A stretch of 63,719 nt of DNA, the filler included, from Octopus bimaculoides (lineage: Eukaryota), in the NCBI RefSeq assembly GCF_001194135.2. It is 4 parts of 4 records of this genome, joined end to end, with 100 filler letters (N's around TTAATTAATTAA, not from the genome) between each part and the next. Parts side by side here need not be neighbours in the genome. Positions count along the whole stretch, not along the records: positions 62,622 to 63,719 come from NW_026408650.1; 3 more parts are not named here. The stretch is one strand, 5' to 3'. Of this stretch, positions 62,653 to 63,719 are shown in pieces. Below the pieces are notes generated by a model. It was not told where the DNA came from, ran no database searches, and worked only from the letters and a program-made list of their open reading frames with translations. The first letter of the stretch is position 1; every line of letters starts with the position of its first letter. A program made the translations under genes and the position numbers.

Positions 62653-63719
62653 AAGGTAGATAGATAGACCGAAAGATAGGTAAATAGTAAAAATGGAAAA
62701 GGAGTGAAAATAAAGTGAAGTAAAGATTAATGGTTATTGACAGGTAGATATATGAGAGAAAGACATTGTTAATGAGATAGGTATACAGAGAGACAGACTG
62801 ATATAGGGGTATGACATATAATATTATATAGATAGGTACATAGACAGTTAGAGATTGATAGGTAGGTAGGTAGGTAGGTAGATAGAAAGAGAAATACATA
62901 GGTATGGAATATGTTAAATATTTTAAATAATCATATAATCAGATACAAGTTGATGGTCAGGCTGAGAGATAGGTATATAGAACAGTGTTAGGTAGATAGA
63001 TAGATAGATAGATATATAGGTAAGTATGTATAAAGTACATAATAAAATTGGAAAGTATCTGGATTGATAGCTAGGTATATATAAAGAGGTAAAGTGATAG
63101 ATAAATAGCTACAGAGACAGGTAGATAGTAAGATATGTATATAAATACGTAAAGAGATATACAGGTATGCATGTATGTATATTTATATATACAGGTATAT
63201 AGATAGAGAAACATACATAGGTGGGTACCAATAGATAGGTAGATTGATATAGGAAGTTAGTATGGATAAGTAGGTAGATACAGAGAAACATAGGTATATA
63301 GTTTGTTAAACAGGTAAAGCGGCAGGTATGTGTAAATAGACAGGTAGGTAAGGAGGTGTAGAGAGATAAATATGTAGGGATATAGATTGATTGATCAATA
63401 AATATAAGGTTGGTGTTGATATAGGAAGATAGAAAATGATTATTTTGGNNNNNNNNNNNNNNNNNNNNNNNNNNNNNNNNNNNNNNNNNNNNNNNNNNNN
63501 NNNNNNNNNNNNNNNNNNNNNNNNNNNNNNNNNNNNNNNNNNNNNNAAGGAGACTGACAGGTAAATAATATTATATAATATAGAAGTAATATAATATATA
63601 TACATACCTACATATAAACATACATACATACATACATTCATATATATATTTATATATATATGTATATATACACACACATATATACATATATATACATACA
63701 CACACACACATATATATAT
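59480..63719. repeat. Extended degenerate (TA/CA/TACA) and (GATA/GGTA)-derived low-complexity tract with gaps
   Basis: Read directly from the sequence; includes the third linker at 62522-62621. Confidence 0.9.
62522..62621. other. Artificial scaffold-join linker
   Basis: 44 N + TTAATTAATTAA + 44 N. Confidence 0.95.

Overview
AT-rich, microsatellite-dense, gapped eukaryotic DNA. The repeat families point to an octopus genome (inference from recalled SINE/LINE consensus-like sequences; no database search was run). Three identical 100-bp linkers (44 N + TTAATTAATTAA + 44 N) show that the window is four joined scaffolds: 1-20102, 20203-41619, 41720-62521 and 62622-end. One host coding exon is clearly recognisable: 10125-10248 (+), from a GPR158/GPR179/CG31760-like class C GPCR. 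The first scaffold is therefore probably intronic. A second exon with strong splice sites (45689-45868, -) could not be identified. The rest is mostly decayed mobile DNA: Penelope-like elements (PLEs), mariner and Tc1 transposons, Hero, Dong/R4, RTE and CR1-group LINE fragments, three tRNA-derived SINE families and MITE-like remnants. The most striking signal is a set of hammerhead ribozymes (HHRs) that the ORF track cannot show. One is an apparently intact minimal type I HHR inside a 520-bp fold-back element whose mirror arm carries a catalytic-core mutant. Another has an unusually long, G:U-supported stem II of about 90 nt. No rRNA, true tRNA gene or CRISPR array was seen. Repeat boundaries are approximate (roughly +/-20 bp) unless a TIR, TSD or splice site is quoted.
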